IMG/VR virus record: IMGVR_UViG_3300020187_000012
Coordinates: 1-64,000 of that record
Length of the DNA stretch: 64,000 nt
Source of the DNA: an uncultured virus (IMG/VR IMGVR_UViG_3300020187_000012)
Lineage: Duplodnaviria; Heunggongvirae; Uroviricota; Caudoviricetes
Strand: one strand, 5' to 3'
A program made the position numbers and the translations under genes. The notes beneath the pieces are model-generated. The model was not told the DNA's origin. It saw only the letters and a program-made list of their open reading frames with translations, and did not search any database. Below, piece after piece: positions 16,996-25,683 of this stretch; within the stretch, counting starts at the first letter, position 1; each line of letters starts with the position of its first letter.

Positions 16996-17226
16996 ATGCC
17001 TATTACTTATGTAAACAAACAGATTTTCCTTAATGGATTAGAAGTTGCTGACCTCGAAGTTGATGGAATCGACACTCGTGATTATCCTGATTTTTGTGAT
17101 GCATATATTGCAGACGCAAGTATTCTTGAAAACGGAAAATGGCGTGAAGCCACTGAACGAGAACTTGATGAACTTAATAATGATAGCGACTTGGTTTACG
17201 AACAAGTTGAAAACTTCTTATACTAA
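16996..17226 (+). CDS. Acidic conserved phage protein
   Basis: EVDGIDTRDYPDFCDAYI motif. Confidence 0.7.
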   Translation: MPITYVNKQIFLNGLEVADLEVDGIDTRDYPDFCDAYIADASILENGKWREATERELDELNNDSDLVYEQVENFLY

Positions 17227-17378
17227 TGGCTAAAAAGAAACCAAATAAAGTTGACGGTTATAGTGAACGTCATTTAAGTCAACTTATTCGTCGTCGTATG
17301 ATTCAAAAAGATCATGGGGATGACAATAAGTATTCGCGTAAAGATAAACATAAAAAAGATTATGGCAAAGAAGAGTAA
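17226..17378 (+). CDS. Small basic ArfA-like protein (50 aa, not in track)
   Basis: MAKKKP...LIRRRMIQKDHGDDNKYSRKDKHKKDY; TAATG coupling to the upstream gene. Confidence 0.55.
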   Translation: MAKKKPNKVDGYSERHLSQLIRRRMIQKDHGDDNKYSRKDKHKKDYGKEE

Positions 17379-17556
17379 AAGTGTAAAGGATGCTGTTTGT
17401 GCACGTTGTATAGGTAGCTTCAAGTTTAAAGAGCTTAATCGCGTTTATATACAGATGCATAGACATGACCCTAATAGCGGTTATTATGGTGTTTATGTGT
17501 GTGATAAATGTGAACCTAAGTTTGAATTAGATAGACGCGAACCAACGCAAGAATAA
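17362..17556 (+). CDS. Small Zn-finger protein
   Basis: CARC and CDKC pairs; start MAKKSK. Confidence 0.6.
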   Translation: MAKKSKSVKDAVCARCIGSFKFKELNRVYIQMHRHDPNSGYYGVYVCDKCEPKFELDRREPTQE

Positions 17557-17557
17557 T

Positions 17558-17761
17558 ATGCCACATAAGAAAAAGCGTACAACCAGTGTTGAAGTATTCA
17601 TACACGAGGGTCAATCTTATACAACAATACACAAAGACGATAATTCAGCTTGGATTATAGAATACGATATTAAAAAAAGATTTGTAGGCGGTGGTGTAAA
17701 AAAAGTAGACAAAAGTTTTTTATTGTCAAAAAAAATAACTATATTAGCTAGTAATACTTAA
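17558..17761 (+). CDS. Hypothetical protein
   Basis: 67-aa ORF in the operon. Confidence 0.6.
   Translation: MPHKKKRTTSVEVFIHEGQSYTTIHKDDNSAWIIEYDIKKRFVGGGVKKVDKSFLLSKKITILASNT
17707..17755 (+). promoter_or_regulatory. Degenerate early promoter repeat, copy 13
   Basis: ACAAAAGTTTTTTATTGTC...CTATATTAGCTAGTAAT. Confidence 0.45.
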
Positions 17762-17769
17762 TAACAGAT

Positions 17770-18231
17770 ATGAAACAAACTATTTATATTGACCTTGACG
17801 GGGTCGTTGTTGATATTGAAAGATATATTAATGAAACATTTAGTCCAGATTATATTAAAAAATATGGCATTGGTACTATAATCGATATGCATCCTCAAAT
17901 ATTCTATGATGCAAAACCTATACCAGGTGCAATCGCTGCATTTCGTGAACTTGCTGACAAGCATAATGTTTATATTCTATCAACTGCACCTTGGGATAAT
18001 CCAGAATCTTGGAAAGCAAAGCGTATTTGGGTTGAAAAGCATTTGGGCGATTCAGCATACAAAAGATTAATACTATCACATAATAAAGGTTTGCTTAAAG
18101 GTGACTTCTTAGTTGATGACCGTATTAAAAATGGCGTCGCAGAATTTGAAGGAACTCATATCCACTTTGGTACACATGATATTCCAAACTGGGATAGCGT
18201 TTTAGAACTATTTAAAATGATTCAAGAGTAA
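17770..18231 (+). CDS. 5'(3')-deoxyribonucleotidase (NT5C, HAD)
   Basis: IDLDGV, LSTAP, KRIW, LVDDR. Confidence 0.88.
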   Translation: MKQTIYIDLDGVVVDIERYINETFSPDYIKKYGIGTIIDMHPQIFYDAKPIPGAIAAFRELADKHNVYILSTAPWDNPESWKAKRIWVEKHLGDSAYKRLILSHNKGLLKGDFLVDDRIKNGVAEFEGTHIHFGTHDIPNWDSVLELFKMIQE

Positions 18232-18455
18232 TGACAATTGTAGTATTCAGAAAAACCAAAAGATCCCAACCTCAAATGGCAGTGTTTACCAAAAGTAGTA
18301 TTACCGTTGATGTTGTATTAGATAGTGCTAAACGTAAACCACCAATTCCACATAGATGGATTATTGAAGATGTTGGTGTAGGTGGTGAAGGTTTAATAGA
18401 GTATTACAAAAAAAAGTACAAAAATATTAAAGTTTTTATTGATAAAACTTTTTAA
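18231..18455 (+). CDS. Hypothetical protein
   Basis: Translationally coupled ORF. Confidence 0.65.
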   Translation: MTIVVFRKTKRSQPQMAVFTKSSITVDVVLDSAKRKPPIPHRWIIEDVGVGGEGLIEYYKKKYKNIKVFIDKTF

Positions 18456-18489
18456 TGTCGATTATTTTGCCTATATTAGTATAGTAATT
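18441..18489 (+). promoter_or_regulatory. Early promoter repeat, copy 14
   Basis: AAAACTTTTTAATGTC-GATTATT-TTGCCTATATTAGTATAGTAAT. Confidence 0.65.
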
Positions 18490-18501
18490 AAAAACAAGCA
18501 C

Positions 18502-18684
18502 ATGAAAAAGAAACTTAAATCAAAACTATTAACTTATTTGTTTACCGACTGGGTTGCAACTGAGTCAGATGTTGAAACTCTTAATATGACAAAACAAATG
18601 ATTGAAAATCGTAAAAACCAAGTGATTGGTTATGTACCAACAATCGGCTTCAAAACAAATAACTCAACCCTTAACATAAAGTAA
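18502..18684 (+). CDS. Hypothetical protein (start MKKKLK)
   Basis: ATG after copy 14; contains a C-terminal IGF tripeptide. Confidence 0.6.
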   Translation: MKKKLKSKLLTYLFTDWVATESDVETLNMTKQMIENRKNQVIGYVPTIGFKTNNSTLNIK

Positions 18685-18685
18685 A

Positions 18686-19123
18686 ATGACAAATTTAAAA
18701 TTTAACGCAAGCGAGGTAACTTGTAACGGTAACATTGGTGGTAGCGCTTTGATTCTTAATGATGATAATAAAGCTAAAATTAAAGCATTTATGATGACTC
18801 ATTTCATGATGACTGACCGTCGAACTATTTTACAAGAAATGCAAGACTCGGGCATGCTTGAAGATAGATGGACGGTCGGTTCACGTGTTAATAGTATTGA
18901 TACGGTGTATTGTCGTTTTACTAGTGGTCTTTTATCATACGCTCTTAAAAAGTTTGGTGTAAATGGCGGGACATATAAAGCTCAACGTGAGCTTTCTGAA
19001 ATGTGGATAAACGCTCAAATTAAAATGATGAGTGCTAAGGATATCATTATTGTATTAGAAAAAGCATTGGCCGATTGTGCACGTGCTGATTACTATTACA
19101 CTTATGAAAAAGACTGGTCATAA
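18686..19123 (+). CDS. Hypothetical protein
   Basis: 145-aa ORF. Confidence 0.75.
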   Translation: MTNLKFNASEVTCNGNIGGSALILNDDNKAKIKAFMMTHFMMTDRRTILQEMQDSGMLEDRWTVGSRVNSIDTVYCRFTSGLLSYALKKFGVNGGTYKAQRELSEMWINAQIKMMSAKDIIIVLEKALADCARADYYYTYEKDWS

Positions 19124-19350
19124 TGCAACTCGATAGACATCGACTTGAAAGATTACAGGACGAGCGGCATTGCGTAGATATTGACACGTCTGATGTTTAC
19201 TTTATTGTAGACTTACAAATTGTCAATGAAGAGATTTGGGTGGTAACTAATACTAAGGTATTTAAAGACACTCAAGTACTTACACTACAAGAAGCATCAG
19301 ATGCCGAACGTGAATTTATACGAATGCGAAAAGAAAATAACATTGGATAA
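19123..19350 (+). CDS. Hypothetical protein
   Basis: Coupled 75-aa ORF. Confidence 0.65.
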   Translation: MQLDRHRLERLQDERHCVDIDTSDVYFIVDLQIVNEEIWVVTNTKVFKDTQVLTLQEASDAEREFIRMRKENNIG

Positions 19351-19351
19351 T

Positions 19352-20266
19352 ATGCAAACAAATTACGGATACTGCTGTATCAACATGACACTTAAAGAAG
19401 AGAGCAATACTTATATAGGTCGCTCTATGATTAAACGTACATTTACCGAAAAGGGTATTAAATATGCTAGTGAGCTTGCACTTGCTAATGTACGTGACCT
19501 TGTTGAAATTATTAAGTGGAATGAAAAGAAAGGTATTAAACTGTACCGTATGTCTAGTGATATGTTTCCTTGGATGTCTGAATACGAACTCAAAGACTTA
19601 CCTGACTATAAAAAGATTTCAACTATACTTAAGGGTGTTGGTAATCTAGCTAAAAAGTATGGTCAACGTCTTACATTCCACCCTGGTCCATTTGACGTGT
19701 TAGCTTCTATAAATCCAAATGTAGTTACAAAAACAATACGAGACCTTAATCAACATGGTGAAATCATGGACCTTATTGGTTTGCCTCGTACACCATATGC
19801 TGCGATTAATATTCACGTCAACACAACGCAAGGTGGTAAGGAAGAAGCTTGTAAGCGATTCTGCACTAACTTTGAATTACTAGATGATTCTGTTAAGACC
19901 CGTCTTGTTGTTGAAAATGATGATAAAGAAAAGCAATATGCGGTCGAAGACTTGTATGAAGAAATTCATATGGCTATTGGTATTCCAATTACATTTGACT
20001 ATCACCACCATTGGTGTCACCCTGGTATTCTAACACAAAAAGAAGCACTACGTCTTGCATCTTATACTTGGGGCAATACTAAACAACTTGTACACTTCTC
20101 ATCTTGTAAAACAATACACGAAGACGTTACACAAACAAACAAGCGTGCTCATGCAGATTACATTTATGATTTTATTGAAACACATGGCCTTTCACTTGAT
20201 GTTGAAATTGAAGCTAAAGCTAAAGAGTTAGCAGTACAGAAATATATGAAAGAATTCTTAAGTTAA
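19352..20266 (+). CDS. uvsE: UV damage endonuclease UvsE/UvdE
   Basis: GYCCIN, YRMSS, RLTFHPG, VENDD, FDYHHH, HADY, EAKAKE. Confidence 0.92.
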   Translation: MQTNYGYCCINMTLKEESNTYIGRSMIKRTFTEKGIKYASELALANVRDLVEIIKWNEKKGIKLYRMSSDMFPWMSEYELKDLPDYKKISTILKGVGNLAKKYGQRLTFHPGPFDVLASINPNVVTKTIRDLNQHGEIMDLIGLPRTPYAAINIHVNTTQGGKEEACKRFCTNFELLDDSVKTRLVVENDDKEKQYAVEDLYEEIHMAIGIPITFDYHHHWCHPGILTQKEALRLASYTWGNTKQLVHFSSCKTIHEDVTQTNKRAHADYIYDFIETHGLSLDVEIEAKAKELAVQKYMKEFLS

Positions 20267-20276
20267 TATATATTAT

Positions 20277-20456
20277 ATGAAAAATAACAATACAGGTACT
20301 AAACAATTGAAGTGTATGAACTCACACGTTGAATCTAGTAAATGGTGGAAATATGCACCTATAGGTGGGTGTGATGAAATTGTACAAGTTGATATAAAAA
20401 CTGAAAAAGTTTTATGTTGGAGATGTACATTACGTTCAACTAGTGGTGTAAAATAA
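20277..20456 (+). CDS. Small Cys-rich protein (59 aa)
   Basis: C..C..CWRC; flanked by AATATATA and a terminator. Confidence 0.6.
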   Translation: MKNNNTGTKQLKCMNSHVESSKWWKYAPIGGCDEIVQVDIKTEKVLCWRCTLRSTSGVK

Positions 20457-20458
20457 TA

Positions 20459-20479
20459 AGAGGCTTCGGCCTCTTTTTT
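20459..20479 (+). terminator. Intrinsic terminator with UUCG tetraloop
   Basis: AGAGGC-TTCG-GCCTCT-TTTTT. Confidence 0.85.
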
Positions 20480-20495
20480 ATTGAATATATAACTA

Positions 20496-20846
20496 ATGAA
20501 ACACGTCAAAGCCTTTGAATCATTTATTTCTGTAAATGAAAAGTACATTATGTCCGACTTGGAAAATGAGTTAGGTATCGTACTAGACCTATGGGATAAT
20601 GGTGACCACTTAGAATTAGGTAAAATTGAAGTTCCTAAAAGGTTAAGGGGTTCTGGTGTAGGGACTGAAGCGATGGAACGTATTATTGCGTTTGCAGACA
20701 AAGAGGGTAAAGACATTAGACTCACACCATCAAAAGATTTTGGTGCATCTTCTGTAGCTAGACTTGAAAAGTTCTATAAAGGTTTTGACTTTGTTAAGAA
20801 TAAAGATTTAAAGTATAAGGACACTATGGTCCGCTATGCTAAATAA
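20496..20846 (+). CDS. GNAT acetyltransferase with CTS-like N-terminus
   Basis: IEVPKRLRGSGVGT (acetyl-CoA loop), LEKFYKGFDF. Confidence 0.8.
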   Translation: MKHVKAFESFISVNEKYIMSDLENELGIVLDLWDNGDHLELGKIEVPKRLRGSGVGTEAMERIIAFADKEGKDIRLTPSKDFGASSVARLEKFYKGFDFVKNKDLKYKDTMVRYAK

Positions 20847-21546
20847 CATGAATAACATATTTAATTTTACAGATTTTGTTAATGAGGGTAGAAGCTCTTA
20901 TGATAGTATTGCATCTAAACTAGTTAAGCACACTTTTAAGAAGTGGGTGAACGGTTATAAAGGTGGTGAAGCTACACTTAACTTTACAGAAAGCTTAGTT
21001 TTAAACAGACTAGAATTTGATGTTGATTTCAACCTACATGTTACCAAGCGTGTTAAAGGTTTTGAAATACTTAATAGCACAGGTGCCGATTCAAGAACAA
21101 CTGATGATGAAGGTGACGAGCAAGACCCGTATATTATTATAGACTTCGCTGTTAATCCTGATTGGATTCCCGGTGAATGGTCTACTATTTATTTTTATTT
21201 AGCAGATGTTGTAAGACATGAGATTGAACATATCACACAAGGCGGTGAGGCTATTGGTAATTACAGAATGGGTAAACCAAATGAAGATGATGGTATGTTA
21301 AGACAAATGATTAAGATTGGTCTATTACCAAAAGCACAATATTTCATGCTACCTAAAGAGGTTGATGCAAACATACAGGGTCTTAGATATGAGGCTAAAA
21401 AAAGAAAAGAGTCGATGGCCGATGCTGTTAATAGATATCTAGACACGCAAGAACAATCTGGTGAAATAAATGGAAAAGAGCGTGAAGAAATTCTTACACT
21501 TTGGAAAAGACGTGCAAAACAAATAGGAGGTATACCTACATTTTAA
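20836..21546 (+). CDS. Zincin-like metallopeptidase, putative internal head protein
   Basis: VRHEIEHITQ and YF.LPKEVDA; likely start MNNIFNFTDFVNE. Confidence 0.7.
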   Translation: MLNNMNNIFNFTDFVNEGRSSYDSIASKLVKHTFKKWVNGYKGGEATLNFTESLVLNRLEFDVDFNLHVTKRVKGFEILNSTGADSRTTDDEGDEQDPYIIIDFAVNPDWIPGEWSTIYFYLADVVRHEIEHITQGGEAIGNYRMGKPNEDDGMLRQMIKIGLLPKAQYFMLPKEVDANIQGLRYEAKKRKESMADAVNRYLDTQEQSGEINGKEREEILTLWKRRAKQIGGIPTF

Positions 21547-21550
21547 AATT

Positions 21551-22570
21551 ATGAAACATTTAAAACTATACGAAGATTTTATTAATGAAGCAAGGCCTGA
21601 GTTCCATGATTCAGATGCACCAGATGCATATGGTAGATTCAGGGACTTAAGCGTTAAGGATTTAGCTAAGTGGTTAATTGATACACGTAACGGTGACGTT
21701 AAAAAGATTTCATCTTCACTTACACAACAAATTGTATTCAATAGAAATGATGACCCTGAATATGCTACTAAGATGGAAAAAACACGTAAAGAGGTTTATA
21801 AGCAACTTGATAGAGAAGACTTATTAGAAGGTGATGCTAAACCAGGTCCGGACAAATATATGACTGGGCTTGATAAAGAAGACGAAACCGATAAAGAAGA
21901 TCAAATCAAAAAGCAGCGTGAAATGGATGATGATGATTCATCAGCTTATAAAGAAATGCCAGGTGACGAAGAGGCTAGAGAGAAGGGTCAAGTTAAAACA
22001 TCTAAGCATGTTAAGAAATACCATGAGCTTTATGGTGACGAAAAGAACGAATCAATTATAATTGAAGCATCTAAAATTGCATGTCTAGAATGTGATGAGG
22101 TTAATACTGCTAAAGCTTGGGCTAAAAACAATGACGTATGTCCTTCATGTAATGATTCAACAAATGGTGTTTCTGAAGCTGAACTTGTAGGTGAATGTTG
22201 GGACGGTTACAGACAAGACGGTATGAAAACTAAAGGTGGTAAGCAGGTACCTAACTGTGTGCCAGTATCTGAAGTTAACGAAGAAAAAGCCGAAGGTGAT
22301 AGAAGTAAATTAGATAATGCTGATATCGAAACGGCACTTGCAAAAAAGTCTAAAGAAACTGGTGTACCTATTGGTATTATTAGAGTTGTAATGAGACGTG
22401 GAATGGCCGCGTGGAAAACAGGTCATAGGCCGGGTGCGGGTCAAGAGCAATGGGGATACGCTAGAGTTAATGCATTTCTTACTAAAGGCGCTGGTACTTG
22501 GGGTGATGCTGATAAAGACCTTGCTAAAGAAGTTAGAGACGGTGGACATGATAAAAAACTTAAATCTTAA
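21551..22570 (+). CDS. Multi-module putative internal head protein with DUF5824-like C-terminus
   Basis: MKHLKLYEDFINE; CxxC...CxxC; CWDGY..VPNCV; RRGMAAWKTGHRPGAGQEQWGYARVNAF. Confidence 0.7.
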   Translation: MKHLKLYEDFINEARPEFHDSDAPDAYGRFRDLSVKDLAKWLIDTRNGDVKKISSSLTQQIVFNRNDDPEYATKMEKTRKEVYKQLDREDLLEGDAKPGPDKYMTGLDKEDETDKEDQIKKQREMDDDDSSAYKEMPGDEEAREKGQVKTSKHVKKYHELYGDEKNESIIIEASKIACLECDEVNTAKAWAKNNDVCPSCNDSTNGVSEAELVGECWDGYRQDGMKTKGGKQVPNCVPVSEVNEEKAEGDRSKLDNADIETALAKKSKETGVPIGIIRVVMRRGMAAWKTGHRPGAGQEQWGYARVNAFLTKGAGTWGDADKDLAKEVRDGGHDKKLKS

Positions 22571-23160
22571 TGAAGCATATAAAATTATTTGAGCAGTTTG
22601 AGCTTAATCCTTTATACGAGGAGATTGATGCGATTATGGGTGGTGGTCTCACAGACATTGAAATACAAGGTATGCTTGATGAGGGTTTATTCTCATGGTT
22701 AGGTTCTTTATTTTCAAACCCAAAAAAGAAACGTGAGTTAGATAAACTTGCACAACAGCTTACTGAGGTTAGAATTAATATTGCTAAGGTTAATATTGAA
22801 GCTGAAAACATTGAAGCGTTTGAAGAAGAGTTAGAAAGTAAAGTTGATATGTATGCTGATACAGTATCTGCTAAAGATATAAAGTCAAACACAAAGAAAA
22901 CTTCAATGACTGACCTTAAAGGTAAGCAACTACAAGAACTTGAAGCTGATATTGTAACTAGAATGGACATCATTGGTGAAGAGAATGACAAGCTTAAAAC
23001 TTATGTTAATAAAGTAAAGCTTAATTCTAGAATACAATCAACTGAAAAAATTATGCGTATGGCAGACGGTCAAATTAAAAAAGTACTTTCTAAAATGGCG
23101 ATGCAAGATAAAAAGAAAGATAGAGAACTAACAAAAGAACTTAAGGTTCAAATGAATTAA
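22570..23160 (+). CDS. Putative internal head protein (coiled coil)
   Basis: MKHIKLFEQF N-terminus. Confidence 0.65.
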   Translation: MKHIKLFEQFELNPLYEEIDAIMGGGLTDIEIQGMLDEGLFSWLGSLFSNPKKKRELDKLAQQLTEVRINIAKVNIEAENIEAFEEELESKVDMYADTVSAKDIKSNTKKTSMTDLKGKQLQELEADIVTRMDIIGEENDKLKTYVNKVKLNSRIQSTEKIMRMADGQIKKVLSKMAMQDKKKDRELTKELKVQMN

Positions 23161-23163
23161 ATT

Positions 23164-23394
23164 ATGAAAAGAGTAAGATTATTCGAAGCTTTTACGAAAA
23201 GCCAAGGTGAAGAGATTAGCAAAGATCAATTTAAGAATATTGCTAAGGGTTCAAACGTTACATATATGGGTGATGATTTTGAAGTTGCAGAGTCAGACGA
23301 TACACTTCTAATATTAAAGCATATAAAGTCTGGTAAAAAGATTCATGTTAATTACAATATGTTCAATAAAAAAGGTGTTATTTCATCTAAATAA
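23164..23394 (+). CDS. Putative internal head protein
   Basis: MKRVRLFEAF N-terminus. Confidence 0.6.
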   Translation: MKRVRLFEAFTKSQGEEISKDQFKNIAKGSNVTYMGDDFEVAESDDTLLILKHIKSGKKIHVNYNMFNKKGVISSK

Positions 23395-23446
23395 AATTAA
23401 AAAACAAATAAATATCTTTACAAGATATATAAATAAATAAAATATT

Positions 23447-23638
23447 ATGTATTTTTTAATTATTACATTAACGATTGCCTCAGTTTTATTCATTGATTAT
23501 AAATTTATTAAATCAAAAAAAACTAAAACAGTTGGTACGTCTAAAGACAAGGTTATCGTTGTGGATAGAAGGCCTACTAATATTTCGGTTAACAGAATTA
23601 CTGATAATATAATTCCCACTAAGGAAGAAATGGACTAA
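23447..23638 (+). CDS. Small membrane-anchored protein
   Basis: N-terminal TM segment, GATATATA upstream. Confidence 0.55.
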   Translation: MYFLIITLTIASVLFIDYKFIKSKKTKTVGTSKDKVIVVDRRPTNISVNRITDNIIPTKEEMD

Positions 23639-23677
23639 AATATTATTAGATATATAATAAAATAATAACATATTAAA

Positions 23678-24349
23678 ATGGCTAAATTAAAATCATTCGA
23701 AGAGTACGTTGCTGACATTGACACGGCTGAAGAAATCGAAAACACAGAAGTTGAAATGGGTGAACCTATGGAAGCGGAAGGTGAAGAAGAAGTTGTTACA
23801 GACGAACAAGGTGAAGATAACGTTGAAGTAAAAGACAATGTTGAAGGTGAAGAAGCTGGTGAAGAAGCTGAAGAACTTGAAGCAGACACTAAAGAAGTTT
23901 CATCTGAAGAAGACAAAGGTATTGTAGATTCAGCTGATGATGAAGTACCATCTGAAGAAGAAGCTATGACTGAATCTGAGGATTCTGACGACGAAGATGA
24001 AGACGATTCTGACGACGAAGATGAAGACGATTCTGACGATGGAGATTCTGTAGAAGTTGTAGCAGTTGCTGAAATGCTTAAAGAGGCATACAAGGCTTGT
24101 AAAAACGAAGCTAAAGTTTGGGAAGAAGATATGCACGATGAGCATACTATTGAATCTTACCTAAAAGAAAATGCGGCATTAGTTGCTATGATGGCAGTTA
24201 ATACATTGAAAGAAATGAAAGAAGACATGACCCTTGAAATGTACGAGGCTACATGTAATGAATTAAAAGAATCTTACGCTAAGAAGATTGACGAGATGAA
24301 AGAAGCTTGGTCTGCTGAAGGTGAAGAGGTTGAAAGCGACGAAGAGTAA
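23678..24349 (+). CDS. Highly acidic putative prohead core/scaffold protein
   Basis: MAKLKSFEEY N-terminus, very D/E rich, late motif upstream. Confidence 0.6.
   Translation: MAKLKSFEEYVADIDTAEEIENTEVEMGEPMEAEGEEEVVTDEQGEDNVEVKDNVEGEEAGEEAEELEADTKEVSSEEDKGIVDSADDEVPSEEEAMTESEDSDDEDEDDSDDEDEDDSDDGDSVEVVAVAEMLKEAYKACKNEAKVWEEDMHDEHTIESYLKENAALVAMMAVNTLKEMKEDMTLEMYEATCNELKESYAKKIDEMKEAWSAEGEEVESDEE
23980..24040 (+). repeat. 24-bp in-frame tandem repeat (about 2.5 copies)
   Basis: GATTCTGACGACGAAGATGAAGAC repeated, encoding DSDDEDED. Confidence 0.9.
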
Positions 24350-24382
24350 GCGATTCATAATTTCTTGAAACATTTATTAAAG

Positions 24383-24409
24383 GTCCGTGTATAATATGCA
24401 CGGACTTTT
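24383..24409 (+). terminator. Terminator hairpin overlapping a class II -10 box
   Basis: GTCCGTGTAT-AAT-ATGCACGGAC-TTTT. Confidence 0.65.
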
Positions 24410-24418
24410 ATATTTTAT

Positions 24419-24919
24419 ATGCCTAGATTAAAGATTGAATCAGTGTACATGGAGATTGCGTACTCAATTGCAAAACTGAGTTATGCTGAGCGACGTAAAG
24501 TTGGATGTGTCATTGTAAAAGACGAACAGATTGTTTCGTTTGGTTACAATGGAACACCCCATGGTTTTGACAACACATGTGAAGAAGAACAGGTTAGATA
24601 TGTAGATAACCCAGACCACTTACAAATCCTAATAGATAAGGGATATGATTGTGAGGAAGATTGCTGTAGTAAAACGGTAACCAAGGTTGAGGTGTTACAT
24701 GCTGAATCGAATGCGTTGAGTAAATTAGCTAAATCAACTTTGTCATCGGATGGTGCTACATTATACACAACTACATCACCATGTTTTGAATGTGCAAAAT
24801 TAATCATTCAATCAGGTATTACTAAAGTATATTACAACGAAAGCTACCGAGATATGGGTGGTCTTGAATTATTAAATAAAGCTAACATTGAAGTAATACA
24901 AACAAATGTCATTCATTAA
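24419..24919 (+). CDS. dCMP deaminase
   Basis: KVGCVIV, GYNG, HAESNA, SPCFECAK. Confidence 0.92.
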   Translation: MPRLKIESVYMEIAYSIAKLSYAERRKVGCVIVKDEQIVSFGYNGTPHGFDNTCEEEQVRYVDNPDHLQILIDKGYDCEEDCCSKTVTKVEVLHAESNALSKLAKSTLSSDGATLYTTTSPCFECAKLIIQSGITKVYYNESYRDMGGLELLNKANIEVIQTNVIH

Positions 24920-25115
24920 AAAATATTTGCAACCTGTAGAAGATATTATTGAATCTATAGAATCAAATCCTAAATTATTTTATCTTAACAATATTAAAGT
25001 TGATGCCTATATTGGACCTTCAAAATCAATGCAATTATTAGATGAATTTATTACAGCGTATCAAGAAGACGATAGTCAAGACTTCTCGAAAATTACCTCA
25101 AAATACAAAAACTAA
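24906..25115 (+). CDS. Hypothetical protein
   Basis: Overlapping operon ORF. Confidence 0.65.
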   Translation: MSFIKKYLQPVEDIIESIESNPKLFYLNNIKVDAYIGPSKSMQLLDEFITAYQEDDSQDFSKITSKYKN

Positions 25116-25116
25116 A

Positions 25117-25671
25117 ATGGAAGAAACAATCATGGCTAAAGACAAAGAGCTACAAAAGTATCAATGGGTTAAATCAGAAAGAACCACCGAAGTTGTTCAA
25201 GTTGCTAAAGAGCAACCGGATACTAATTGGTTATACTTTACAGACGGTACACGTATTAATCCATCTTTAATTAGTGAATTTTTAATGGAGGTTCCGGCTT
25301 CAACTAAAATAGGTGGCTTTATTGATGTTGAGACAAAGCCGATTCAAACTGGTCCTATTCAAAATGAAGGAAATGTAGTCGCTACAAATTCATCAGACAC
25401 CATAGTTACACAACAAGAACCGGTAAAAGAACCGACGGTTATGGGTAAAATGATTATGAAAATGAGCAAAAAGAATGTTGTTAATGTTCCTGTTCAAATT
25501 AATATCAATATACCAACGCCACAATTACATGCAATGTTGTCTGAAGGCATGGAGGATGCGGACTTAAATGAAGAAATCATGGAAGTGGCCCTTCAACAAA
25601 TTGAGATAAATAAACTAAAGGAATACATTACAGCTAATGTATCCGAATTTCTATCAGAATATTATTCATAA
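25117..25671 (+). CDS. Hypothetical protein (start MEETIM)
   Basis: ATG 1 nt after the previous stop. Confidence 0.7.
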   Translation: MEETIMAKDKELQKYQWVKSERTTEVVQVAKEQPDTNWLYFTDGTRINPSLISEFLMEVPASTKIGGFIDVETKPIQTGPIQNEGNVVATNSSDTIVTQQEPVKEPTVMGKMIMKMSKKNVVNVPVQININIPTPQLHAMLSEGMEDADLNEEIMEVALQQIEINKLKEYITANVSEFLSEYYS

Positions 25672-25683
25672 ATTAAATACAAA

